Below are positions 9,861 to 18,878 of a DNA stretch of 62,695 bases, one piece after another; the stretch's first letter is position 1; the number at the start of each line of letters is the position of its first letter. The stretch spans positions 1 through 62,695 of IMG/VR virus record IMGVR_UViG_3300020598_000002; one strand, written 5' to 3'. The notes beneath the pieces are model-generated. The model searched no databases. It saw nothing but the letters and a program-made list of their open reading frames with translations, and was not told the DNA's origin. Origin of the DNA: a virus. Lineage: Duplodnaviria > Caudoviricetes. Position numbers and translations under genes: made by a program.

Positions 9861-9915
9861 TGGAAATTTTTTCGGTATGGAAATCTTTCCGCTTGCATCT
9901 GGAATTAAATTCCAC
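9861..9915. promoter_or_regulatory. OR-like operators between cI and cro
   Basis: TGGAAATTTTTTCGG 9861-9875, TGGAAATCTTTCCG 9878-9891, CTGGAATTAAATTCCAC 9899-9915. Confidence 0.8.
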
Positions 9916-9928
9916 GATATTCCAGTTC

Positions 9929-10141
9929 ATGCGAAGCATCTCCGAGATCATCAAAGCCGCCGGTGGCGCCGTCAAAATCGCCGAAGCCTCGAATGGCACG
10001 GTGACGGCTGAGGCCGTCTACAAGTGGACGAAGATTGGCATCCCTGATCGTCATTGGGCGCTCGTGATGCCGCTGGCCGGGGCCAGCCCGGAGGAGATGT
10101 TCAAGGCAAACCTCCTTGCGCGGGAGGCAAGCGCCGCATGA
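9929..10141 (+). CDS. Cro-like HTH regulator
   Basis: 70 aa, divergent from cI; IIKAAGGAVKIAE...AVYKWTKIGIP. Confidence 0.8.
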   Translation: MRSISEIIKAAGGAVKIAEASNGTVTAEAVYKWTKIGIPDRHWALVMPLAGASPEEMFKANLLAREASAA

Positions 10142-10821
10142 CCCGCACCGCCGCTTCATGCACGAGAACCGCCGCGGGTAGCAGCGCCTGCGCTTCGTTC
10201 AGATCCCACGCGAGCACGGTGATCCGCGCCGCGATCAATTCCAATTCAGCTTGCACGGCCGGTATCGCGTCCGTGTCGAGCGGGGCCGCTCGTTCTATCC
10301 GTCGTCCCCCCGAAGGCAACGAGCGGCCTTCGCCTTTTCGCTTCGCGGCCACGTCCCAACCGTCTGCCGCGACTGGAGCCGATCGGTGTCTCACCGTGTC
10401 GTCGGTCGGCTCCACGATTTCGTCTCGTCGTCCCATGCCGCGAATCGTTGCGCGCTGTGGCGGGCGAGGCAATGCAATCTCGCGCGCGAACGTTGCGCGA
10501 ACGAGTATCCACGAGGGGCCTTTGCCGAAAGGTGGCGAGGGCATGATGGTGTCGGGATCACAGCGCTGGTGCTGCCTGACACACAAGGCGGTCGGACTAT
10601 GTGACCGCCGGGAAGAAAATCCGCACCAGCCGCCGGCCCCATTCAGCAGGGGAGAGCGCAAATGCTCTCACCACCAATTCATTTCGAATGGCGGACGGAC
10701 GAGGCTTTGGCCCGTGAGTTGCGCCTGTCGGCGGGAGGTGTCGCGTTCCACGCGGGGCCGTCTGACCGCTGATGGGCGTGGCAAGCCGGGATGGGTAGCG
10801 AGCGGTCCAGTCCATTCGGAA

Positions 10822-10955
10822 TCTCGCGGCGGCGTGGAAAGCGACACGCAAAGAGGGATCAGCCGGACCTCGGAAATCCAACCGGAAATGGCGAGGCATG
10901 TGCCGCCAGCCCGAAGGGCGAAACACATCGCCGGAGTAGCGACCGGCCCGCGAGA
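10822..10955 (+). ncRNA. tRNA-like structured RNA with an enlarged central domain
   Basis: Acceptor-like TCTCGCGG/CCGCGAGA, D-like GCGTG/CACGC, T-like GCCGG-AGTAGCGA-CCGGC; no canonical anticodon arm. Confidence 0.5.
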
Positions 10956-10979
10956 AGCTTTTCACCAAGGGGCGCACAG

Positions 10980-11450
10980 ATGAACGGACGTCCTTTCTCT
11001 CGTGCCGATTATCTCGCAATCAAATCAGCGACGCGCCGCGCATGTGAAGCAGCGGGGCCCCTCAGTGAGATAGCGTCACACACCCGCGTCGATGCTCCAA
11101 TCCTCAGCCGCTACGGCAACCCGGAGGAATCCGTTTTCATCCCGCTCGATGTTGCGATGGACCTGGATGCATTGTCCGGCGGCGCGCGCATCCTGAAAGC
11201 ATATGCGGCTGCGCTCGGATACGAACTGGTGCGCGCGGAACGCGGGAAAGCGACCGAAGACCTTTACCAGCACGTCGGCGATATCGGGAAAGCCTCGGGC
11301 AATCTTCTGTCGGAAATGTGCGAGGCGAAGTCCGATGGAGCCGTGACGCCTGCGGAGGCCGAGCGGATCGATCGCAAGGCCGATGAGGTAGAGGACAAGG
11401 TCGCCCATCTTCGCGCCGACATGCGGCGCGTGCAGGCGAGGGGCCAATGA
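10980..11450 (+). CDS. CII-family phage regulator
   Basis: Position after cro; LSRYGNP...FIPLD, DGAVTPAEAERI motifs. Confidence 0.7.
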   Translation: MNGRPFSRADYLAIKSATRRACEAAGPLSEIASHTRVDAPILSRYGNPEESVFIPLDVAMDLDALSGGARILKAYAAALGYELVRAERGKATEDLYQHVGDIGKASGNLLSEMCEAKSDGAVTPAEAERIDRKADEVEDKVAHLRADMRRVQARGQ

Positions 11451-11817
11451 CGACCCCGACGCCATCTGAGGTTCGCAACGCAAGCCACGCCGTCGCGCAT
11501 CTGAGCGCGATGCTGCGGAAGGACAATCCCCCGTCAGAAAAGGAATGGGCGCATCTGCGGTCGCTGTTCACCGCCGATGCGATTTTCTCGGTCTCTGATT
11601 GGCTGATCGAAGTCGCAAAGAAACTGGAAGCGCGGGAGCAGGCGGCATGATCTTCGCAGCGGCGTGTTTCCTCCTCCTGTGTTCCTACGGATTGGCGGTC
11701 GTTTTTGGCGTCGCGATTGAAGACGACAAGTGCCCGGAGGGATTGCCGCTGTGGGTTTTTCTCTTGGGCATGGTCTTTGCCGCGTTCGGCTTCCTGCTGT
11801 TGAGGGCCGCGGCATGA
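11447..11817 (+). other. Two small hypothetical genes (11447-11650; membrane protein 11647-11817)
   Basis: ATGA-coupled ORFs; the second has two hydrophobic segments. Confidence 0.6.
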
Positions 11818-12161
11818 TGGGCCTCACGCGAAAGCAGGCGCAGGCGCTGCAATTCATCCGGTCGTTCATTGCGGAGCGGGACTATCCGCCGTCCATCGCG
11901 GAGATCACCGCAGGGCTCGGGTTAAAGTCGCGCGGAGGAGTCACGCGGCTTGTCGTTGCTCTTGAGGAGCGCGGCTATATCCGGCGCATCCCGCGCCGCG
12001 CCCGCGCAATCGAATTGGTCGAGAACGATGACGACCTGGTGCGATTGAGCCCGCACGTCTCGCGGTTCATCGCGGATTACGCCGCCCGCACGAGATCGCC
12101 GAGCAAGGATGCGGCGGTCAACGAACTCCTCGCCGAATATCTCGGGAAGGTCGCGGCATGA
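11814..12161 (+). CDS. LexA DNA-binding-domain protein (no peptidase domain)
   Basis: LTRKQAQALQFIRSFIAERDYPPSIAEI...LEERGYIRR...RAIEL. Confidence 0.85.
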   Translation: MMGLTRKQAQALQFIRSFIAERDYPPSIAEITAGLGLKSRGGVTRLVVALEERGYIRRIPRRARAIELVENDDDLVRLSPHVSRFIADYAARTRSPSKDAAVNELLAEYLGKVAA

Positions 12162-12754
12162 GCCTCGCCGTCCCGCATGTCAAAACCGAAGTGCGGGCGC
12201 ACTCGTGGCAGCGCGACGAGGACGACTGGTACATAGAGAATCGCTGGTGCTCGGAACGCCTGTTCGTCGAGGAACGCTTCGACGGTGAGATCCTCGACCC
12301 TTGCTGCGGATCGGGACGGATCGTGAAGGCGGCGCGCGCCGCGGGCTTCATCGCTTCCGGGTCTGACATCAAGCCACGCGGATATGGCGGCGGCGGGGTT
12401 GATTTCCGCAGCATCACGCGCGCGGTCAACGTGTGCAGCAATCCGCCTTTTGACGTGATCGAGGAATTCGCGCGCCACGCCTGCACCATCGCAGAGCGCA
12501 AGGTCGCGATCATTTTTCCAACGCGCCGGTTGAACGCCGCCGGGGTGTGGCTCCAGCAGCTCCCGCTCTACCGCACATGGTTTTTGACCCCGCGCCCATC
12601 GATGCCGCCGGGCCGTGTCGCGCTTGAATACGAGCGCAACGGCAAGGAGCCGAGAGGGGGAAAGCAGGACTTCGCCTGGTTGGTGTTTTTGCGCGGTTTT
12701 GAAGGCCGCGCCGAGACCCGCTGGCTGCATCGCGACAAGGAGAAGCAGCGGTGA
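12158..12754 (+). CDS. Amino (probably N6-adenine) DNA methyltransferase
   Basis: SAM motif ILDPCCGSG followed by catalytic NPPF. Confidence 0.85.
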   Translation: MSLAVPHVKTEVRAHSWQRDEDDWYIENRWCSERLFVEERFDGEILDPCCGSGRIVKAARAAGFIASGSDIKPRGYGGGGVDFRSITRAVNVCSNPPFDVIEEFARHACTIAERKVAIIFPTRRLNAAGVWLQQLPLYRTWFLTPRPSMPPGRVALEYERNGKEPRGGKQDFAWLVFLRGFEGRAETRWLHRDKEKQR

Positions 12755-13224
12755 GCTGGACCGAGGAACGCGTCGACACGCTGCGCCGGTTGTTCGAAGC
12801 CGGAGTTTCGTTCGCCGCTATCGCAGCGGAATTAAACATCACGCGCAACGCCGCAATCGGCAAAGCACACCGGCTCGGCCTGTATCGAGAGGCGCCGGCG
12901 CAACTCGGTGGACGCCCGAAGTCGCAAAAGGAACAGCGCCCGCGCAAGGAGCGGGTGTTCTTCGTGAAGCGGTCGGTGCCGCTTCCGCCTGAAACGCACG
13001 CAGCCGATGCCGGGCCGCTGCATATCGGCCTGTTCGATCTGACCGACGCGACATGCAAATTCCCATTCGGGACGCAGACACCTTTCACGTTCTGCGGCCA
13101 CGCCACCGCGCCCGGCCTTCCTTACTGCAAGGCGCATTGCCTCATCGCCTATCAGCCGGTCGACCAGCGGCGGCAGAAATCTTCCGAGAAAAGCTCCCTC
13201 TGGCACGCGGCCAGAGCGGCGTAA
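12751..13224 (+). CDS. gcrA: GcrA-family cell-cycle regulator homolog
   Basis: MSWTEERVDTLRRL...TRNAAIGKAHRLGL; CKFPFG...FCG...PYCKAHCLIAYQP. Confidence 0.93.
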   Translation: MSWTEERVDTLRRLFEAGVSFAAIAAELNITRNAAIGKAHRLGLYREAPAQLGGRPKSQKEQRPRKERVFFVKRSVPLPPETHAADAGPLHIGLFDLTDATCKFPFGTQTPFTFCGHATAPGLPYCKAHCLIAYQPVDQRRQKSSEKSSLWHAARAA

Positions 13225-13237
13225 CGCAGGGGGTCGC

Positions 13238-13438
13238 ATGACGAGCGCCGAAAGATTGAACGAAGCGGTTTACCGCCATCGGATCATGTGGACGGACCTG
13301 GCCGCCCGCGTGATGAAAAACGAAAACATGCCCAAAGAAGACGCCGATTACCAAGTCTGCCGGCTAATCGAGAAAAAGGGTGTGAGCCTTCCGGTCGCCG
13401 TGGCCTTGATCGACATGATTGTCGAACAGCAACGCTAA
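13238..13438 (+). CDS. Hypothetical protein
   Basis: 66-aa ORF in the early right operon. Confidence 0.6.
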   Translation: MTSAERLNEAVYRHRIMWTDLAARVMKNENMPKEDADYQVCRLIEKKGVSLPVAVALIDMIVEQQR

Positions 13439-13475
13439 ACGCCGCTCGCCGCGGCATAACCCAAAGGAGAGCGGG

Positions 13476-13994
13476 ATGCTCGACAAGACGCGACAGAACG
13501 AGCCTGACCAGACTGCGATCGACACGGTGAACCTGTCACGCATCCGCGCGGCGAAGAAAGACAAATCGAGTGCGGACGGTTCGCTCCGCTCCGCCTATGC
13601 AAAGGCAGACATGCAAGGACTCAACATCAAGGCGGCGAAGCGGGCTTTGAAGATTGCAGATGGCGGCCAGGATGAGGTCGAGGACTTTCTCGACGAGGTG
13701 CAGGAAATTGTCCGTCAATGCGGCTTGCTCGGGATCGTGGTCGAGCGCGCGCAACTCGATTTGTTCAACATCATCCCGCAATCGGCCCCGGAGTCGGAAC
13801 GCGCCGAGATCGAAGGGCGGCAATGCGCCCTCGGCGGCGGGTCGGAATCCGACAACCGTTATGACGCGAATAGTCCGAAAGGCATGAAGTGGCTGGACGG
13901 TTTTCGGCAGGGCGCATCGGAGCGCGCCACCGTCATGGCGATGCAGCCGCCGGCGGAAGCAGGCGATGCGGACGACGACGGGGACGACGACTAG
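13476..13994 (+). CDS. Hypothetical protein with a GapR/DUF2312-like N-terminal segment
   Basis: LRSAYAKADMQGLNIKAAKRALKI resembles the GapR core; C-terminal NRYD...KWLDGFRQG. Confidence 0.5.
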   Translation: MLDKTRQNEPDQTAIDTVNLSRIRAAKKDKSSADGSLRSAYAKADMQGLNIKAAKRALKIADGGQDEVEDFLDEVQEIVRQCGLLGIVVERAQLDLFNIIPQSAPESERAEIEGRQCALGGGSESDNRYDANSPKGMKWLDGFRQGASERATVMAMQPPAEAGDADDDGDDD

Positions 13995-13996
13995 CC

Positions 13997-14539
13997 ATGC
14001 TCGCCGGCCTCGATTGCGCAACGACAAGCGGCCTTGCCCTCATGTCCGGGGGCAAGATCGTTTTTGCAGGCGCATTCAAGGCCACCGGCGAAACGGACGC
14101 TGAGATCTTCACATCGTTCCGCCGATGGTTCCGCGCCACGCTGCGAGATAACGGCGTCACCAATCTCGCTGTCGAGCAGCCGCTCGTCACCGATATCAGG
14201 GCGCCGGATCGCCGGGCCGGTGCCGCACCGGGCGAGACGCACAACCCTGTCACGATGAAAACCTATCTTCGCCTCTACGGGCTGCGCGCCCATGCGATCC
14301 AGATCGCGGATGCGCTCGATATCGCATGGATCGAGGTTCACCAGTCGAGCTGGCGAAAATCGTTCACCGGGAACGGCCGGGCCTCGAAAGAGGACACGCT
14401 CGCACTTGCGCGTCAGATCGTGCCCGGCCTGAAATCGAAAGACGCGGCTGAGGCGATCGGCATCGTTTGGCACCTCTCGGGCGTTTTGAAGCAAGCGCAG
14501 ATGGCGCGGCCCGGTGATCTGTTCGCGGGGGCCGCATGA
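13997..14539 (+). CDS. RuvC-like Holliday junction resolvase
   Basis: LAGLDCATTSG, LAVEQP, WRKSFTGNGRASKED, DAAEAIGI. Confidence 0.85.
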   Translation: MLAGLDCATTSGLALMSGGKIVFAGAFKATGETDAEIFTSFRRWFRATLRDNGVTNLAVEQPLVTDIRAPDRRAGAAPGETHNPVTMKTYLRLYGLRAHAIQIADALDIAWIEVHQSSWRKSFTGNGRASKEDTLALARQIVPGLKSKDAAEAIGIVWHLSGVLKQAQMARPGDLFAGAA

Positions 14540-14748
14540 CCGAACCCACGCGCGACAAGATCATTGCGGCGGTCCCGGTCGGAGAGGCATTCGCGATCAG
14601 CCAGCGCGCGATATGGAAGCGCGCGGATGTCGGAGCGCAGTCCTCATGCGGCATCTATCTGTTCGAGGCTCTTGCGTCTGGAATCGTGAAGCGGCGCAAG
14701 CAGCCCATCCCCACCGGCTTCGTCTGGCTCTACTGGCGGGAGGGGTGA
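14536..14748 (+). CDS. Hypothetical (possible winged-helix) protein
   Basis: 70-aa coupled ORF. Confidence 0.55.
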   Translation: MTEPTRDKIIAAVPVGEAFAISQRAIWKRADVGAQSSCGIYLFEALASGIVKRRKQPIPTGFVWLYWREG

Positions 14749-15810
14749 TTGTCTCGCTCGCCCGAGTTCGAAGCATGGGTCCAGCGCGCTCGCGAGGCCG
14801 ATATTCTCGAGCAAGCCTTGGCGCATGGCGCGCAACTGAAACGCCACGGCCATGAATGGACCGGGCCGTGTCCGCTCTGCGGCGGGACGGATCGATTCTC
14901 GATCAACGTGACGAAGCAGATCTTCAACTGCCGCGGCGCGGTCGGCGGCGACATCATCAAAATGGTCGAGCACATCGAAGGGCTCGGCTTTCTGCAAGCG
15001 GTGCGAGAGATCACGGGAGAGGGCGTCCCTGGCAGCCGCCGCCGTGGTGAAAGGCTCGATCCGGAGCGCCGGGCGCAACTCGACCGCCAGCGCGAACATG
15101 CCGCCGCAGAGCGCGAGAGAAGGCGGCAGGAGCAGGAAGCGAACGAGCGCGACAATCAGAGGCTTGCTGGACGCATCTGGTATGCGAGCCTGCCGATCGA
15201 AGGTACTCCGGCGGAACGCTATCTCCTCAATCGCGGCATCCCTCGACCACCGGAAGGCTGGCCGGACGTCTTCCGGTTCAATCCATCGGTCAACTATCCG
15301 CAGCATGGCAAGCATCCCGCTTTGATCTGCCGCGTCGATAATCCGCGCGGAGTCCCGCACGCGATATGGCGCATCTACATCACGAACGAGGGGCGCAAGG
15401 CGGATCTGATACAGACGAAGCGCGGGCTTGGCCCCGCGAGCGGGTGCGCGGTTCGGATCGGCGGCACAGGCCCGCATATCGGAATCGCTGAGGGCGTCGA
15501 ATCCGCTCTCGGAGCCTGGTTCCTGACCGGACGCAAATTCCCGGTGTGGGCCGCTCTCAGCACGTCAGGCCTCGTGGGCTTCAACGTCCCGGAAGGCGTA
15601 GAGCGGATTGTTTGCTTCCCCGACGGCGACAAGGGCATCCGCCGGAAGGATGGCGAATACGTCCCGTCAGAACCGCCGGGCCGCGCCGCAGCGCGCAAGC
15701 TGCGCGAGCGCCTTCACTCTCAATCCATACCCTGTGTCATCGCGTCCGAACCCCCGGCCGGGGCCGATTACCTGGACCTCTGGGTCCAGTCTCAGCGGAG
15801 CGCGGCATGA
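14749..15810 (+). CDS. Primase-like protein: zinc finger plus Toprim domain
   Basis: GPCPLCGGTDRF...FNCRG; YLLNRGI; IAEGVESAL; DGD; DYLD. Confidence 0.88.
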   Translation: MSRSPEFEAWVQRAREADILEQALAHGAQLKRHGHEWTGPCPLCGGTDRFSINVTKQIFNCRGAVGGDIIKMVEHIEGLGFLQAVREITGEGVPGSRRRGERLDPERRAQLDRQREHAAAERERRRQEQEANERDNQRLAGRIWYASLPIEGTPAERYLLNRGIPRPPEGWPDVFRFNPSVNYPQHGKHPALICRVDNPRGVPHAIWRIYITNEGRKADLIQTKRGLGPASGCAVRIGGTGPHIGIAEGVESALGAWFLTGRKFPVWAALSTSGLVGFNVPEGVERIVCFPDGDKGIRRKDGEYVPSEPPGRAAARKLRERLHSQSIPCVIASEPPAGADYLDLWVQSQRSAA

Positions 15811-16031
15811 GCGCGGACAATTACGATCTCGGTAAGCGTCACATGCAGGAGAACATCGCGCCCCTGTCCGTTGGTGGGGAGCACGTCGCGACGAATTACG
15901 CGCTAGGCGCCCTGACCGCGATTTGCTGCCACTGCATCGCAAAGCATGGCCCGAGATACACCTACGATCTTCTGCAAAACATGGCGGATCAGGCGGCGTC
16001 GAGTTTGATCGAGAGGGAGCGGCGGCCTTGA
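15807..16031 (+). CDS. Hypothetical protein
   Basis: ATGA-coupled ORF between primase and helicase. Confidence 0.55.
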   Translation: MSADNYDLGKRHMQENIAPLSVGGEHVATNYALGALTAICCHCIAKHGPRYTYDLLQNMADQAASSLIERERRP

Positions 16032-17371
16032 CCCGCAACCTCCGCCAAGCCGAGCGCGCCTTCGTCGGCTGTCTCCTCCGCAATCCGCAGGAGGTGATGC
16101 AGGTCGCGGTTGTGACTCCGCCGATGCTGTCCGAGCCGCATCTGCAGGCCGTACACAAGGCCACGCTCGACCTGACCGAAGCGGGGCGGCCCGTCACCCT
16201 GACAACGCTCCTCTCCGTCCTCCCCGATGAATTTGAAGGGCAGGGCCCGACCGCGGGAATTATCGCCGCGCTCAAGGCAAATGCGGAGGATGCCGGGTCC
16301 GCCGCAGACTATGCCGAGGCCATCATTGAACGCGAAGCGGTGCGCCGCATCGCTGAGATCAACGAATGGGTCGCGCAGGAATCGAAACGCGGCGAGCGCG
16401 ACGCCGATATCATTGCGGCGGAAGCGGCGCGAAAGCTCCAGCAGGTCATGGAGATCACGTCCCCGGTCCAGCGGGAACGGCTTGGAGCTGCCGCTGCTCG
16501 AGCCGCGGAGCGATCGACAAAGGCCAGCAACGACCACCGTGCCGTGCCGGGCATTCCAACCGGAATCCCCGCACTGGATGCCATCGTCGGCAGGCTCTAC
16601 GGGCTGTCATTTCTGATCGCGTCCCAAGGCGAAGGGAAATCCGCTCTGGCCGCTCAGATCGCGATCCATGCCGCGGAATCAGGCCGGCCCGCTCTGATCT
16701 TTCAGTTCGAGATGGACGCGGAGGAAATGGGTGCCCGTGAGGTATCGGCCCGCACCGGACTATCCGTCGAGTCCATCACAGAGCCGCAGGGCGATGCGTT
16801 CAACCTTGCCGAGATCATGCAGGCCGCGCGGGATCTGTCCGCGATACCCGTCGAAGTGATCAGCACCGAGGGCATGACGGTTCGGCAAATCGGGGCACAG
16901 TGCAAAGCGATGGAGCGCACCACCGGACTCTCTCTCGTCGTGATCGACCAGCTCGACAAGGTGAAGGCCGAGGGCAAGCACAAGGACAGGTTCGAGCGAT
17001 TGGCCGAAATAACGCTCGACCTGAAAAACCTGTCCAAGTCGATGCCGAACGTGACGTTCCTCGTCCTTGGCCAGCGCACCCGTGGCGCGCAGCGCCGGGA
17101 CGATCCCACACCCGAAATCAATGACGCCGATGCCCCGTCTATCGAGCGGGACGCTGACGTCATTGTCGGTCTGTGGTTCCCCGCGAACTGGATGCGCCGG
17201 CAGAAGCCAAAGCGGAACGTGTCCGAGGAAGCGGACAAATGGGAAGCCGAGATGCGCCGTCTTGAGGGTAAGGCGGAGGCGATCACCTTGAAACACCGGA
17301 GAAGAAAGGCATTTCAGCAATGCGAGTTGAGATTCGACGGGGGCCGGATGCGTTTCGGGGATGCCCAGTGA
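16028..17371 (+). CDS. DnaB-like replicative helicase
   Basis: AERAFVGCLL N-domain, PTGIPALD, Walker A ASQGEGKS, FEMDAEE, VVIDQL, SIERDADVIVGL. Confidence 0.9.
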   Translation: MTRNLRQAERAFVGCLLRNPQEVMQVAVVTPPMLSEPHLQAVHKATLDLTEAGRPVTLTTLLSVLPDEFEGQGPTAGIIAALKANAEDAGSAADYAEAIIEREAVRRIAEINEWVAQESKRGERDADIIAAEAARKLQQVMEITSPVQRERLGAAAARAAERSTKASNDHRAVPGIPTGIPALDAIVGRLYGLSFLIASQGEGKSALAAQIAIHAAESGRPALIFQFEMDAEEMGAREVSARTGLSVESITEPQGDAFNLAEIMQAARDLSAIPVEVISTEGMTVRQIGAQCKAMERTTGLSLVVIDQLDKVKAEGKHKDRFERLAEITLDLKNLSKSMPNVTFLVLGQRTRGAQRRDDPTPEINDADAPSIERDADVIVGLWFPANWMRRQKPKRNVSEEADKWEAEMRRLEGKAEAITLKHRRRKAFQQCELRFDGGRMRFGDAQ

Positions 17372-18060
17372 GTGAAGTCACGCCGCGCCGGCATCTCACG
17401 GCGGAGCAGATAGCCAAGCGCAAGCGGATCGAAGCAGATCAGCGCGCGCGCAACCGGGAGCGCAGGGGAGAGCCGGCATCCCGGAACGAAATCGCGCGCC
17501 ACAACGCAGAACTATCAGCTGTGAAGGCGCAGCAAAGCCAAGCCGTGGCCGAACGGGCGAAAGCCGCCGGGATGAAAAAGCGCCAGGTCAGGGCGCCGGA
17601 CGGGTCCATTCAGGAGGTCTGGTCCTTCGACGCCTCCTATCACGTCATGGGCTTTCAGGATCATCAGATCCGAGCGGCCGAGCGGTTCAATCAGGACTGG
17701 GAGGTCGCGTATTCACCATTGAAAGCGCAGGGCTACGAGCCCGGCGTCGACGGCGGAAAGTCGCTGCACGGCCCGCACGCCGCCCGGGTATCGGCCCAGA
17801 ACCGTCTCAAGAACTGCAAGGCCGCGCTCGGGGCGAGAGAATGGGAAATCGTGGTCGCTGTCGTGATCCATGGCGCGACGTCCCGCGAGATTCACCGGCT
17901 CGGCGGACACGACCACCGCACCGTGAAACAGAACATGGCGGCGGCGTTCGACAAGCTGGACGATTTCTACCACGCCTCCGCGCGGAAAGACCGGACGTGG
18001 ATCGCGTTCGCGAAATTCAACGAGGACCGGGCGAAGGCGCTGGAGGCGGTCCAGTCGTGA
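17368..18060 (+). CDS. Putative late-gene regulator (DUF6456-like, in the Q position)
   Basis: AAERFNQDW...VDGG...AQNRL...ALG...VVAVVIHG; lies upstream of a promoter-terminator pair. Confidence 0.55.
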   Translation: MSEVTPRRHLTAEQIAKRKRIEADQRARNRERRGEPASRNEIARHNAELSAVKAQQSQAVAERAKAAGMKKRQVRAPDGSIQEVWSFDASYHVMGFQDHQIRAAERFNQDWEVAYSPLKAQGYEPGVDGGKSLHGPHAARVSAQNRLKNCKAALGAREWEIVVAVVIHGATSREIHRLGGHDHRTVKQNMAAAFDKLDDFYHASARKDRTWIAFAKFNEDRAKALEAVQS

Positions 18061-18531
18061 GTTTGCAGAGATATCTCCCCCACACCCGGGAATCCGCTGA
18101 GGAAACCAAGAAACGAGCCTTCCGGGAATACGGGATGCTGGTCGCGTCGGTCGACGATCCGAGGCTCGATTGGGTCCAGCGGGAAACACTGAAACAGGTT
18201 GGAACGAAGCTTTACGGAAAGCCGAAGGAGAGGCGCGATGGGAAACATCACAGCCAACCGCACCCCTAAGCTTTGCGGGTATTGCACCCGGTGCGGCGGC
18301 GACTGTTTCGATGATGGCATCCGGAATTTTCACAAATGCCCGCCGTCCAGACCGGAGGCCAGCAGTATCGTCGGTCTGAAAAGCGCAATTGACAGGCTGC
18401 AGATGATAATCGACCGGCGGCCTTGGGCGGCGGTTGTTCGCAAAGAAGACTGCGCCGAGCTTTTGGTCGCGATGCGGGACGCGCGCGCGGCGTTGGCCAA
18501 AGCGTACCCATCAGCGCATGATTCGCACTGA
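18057..18531 (+). other. Two small hypothetical genes (18057-18269, 18238-18531)
   Basis: Overlapping ORFs; the second has CGYCTRCGGDC. Confidence 0.55.
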
Positions 18532-18690
18532 CGCCCCCCTCCCGTTCAAATCAGGAGGCCCAACATCTTGATCCCCGTCACCGCCTGTTTCCCGTGTGAC
18601 ATTATACATAGGGCTTTGATCTAGGATCGAAATTGTTCCGAAACCGACCCGCAACATGGGGTATTCGCAAGACACGGACGCCACCACCGC

Positions 18691-18775
18691 TTGACAGCGC
18701 GGACTCACTCACCCCATAAATCCACCCATTGGCCAGTCCTGTGAGCCCGCCCCGAGAAATCGCGGCGGGTTTTTC
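18691..18775 (+). promoter_or_regulatory. PR'-like late promoter followed by an intrinsic terminator
   Basis: TTGACA 18691-18696, CATAAAT near 18715; hairpin GCCCGCCCCGA-GAAA-TCGCGGCGGGT plus T-run. Confidence 0.6.
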
Positions 18776-18789
18776 ATTGGAGGCTCCGA

Positions 18790-18855
18790 CGGTGACTGCC
18801 CTCCTTGGGCGTTTCCTCCCTAGACTGCCGCCTCGGAAACGGGGCGGCCCTTTCC
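18790..18855 (+). ncRNA. alpha-r8/MmgR (Rfam suhB)-like small RNA
   Basis: CTCCTTGGGCGTTTCCTCCCTAGACT (18801-18826) followed by a GCCGCCTCG-GAAA-CGGGGCGGC hairpin; matches the family signature as I recall it. Confidence 0.7.
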
Positions 18856-18878
18856 CGCTCAACCCATCATCGGCACGA

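Noticed and set aside
10775-10815. Possible second 5-nt periodic array (GGC GT GGC AA GCC GG GAT...)
   Set aside because: Only two GGY units, no flanking promoter/terminator pair; compatible with chance in G-rich DNA
10130-15810. Many genes ending Ala-Ala with GCATGA overlaps
   Set aside because: Ordinary translational coupling in alphaproteobacterial phages
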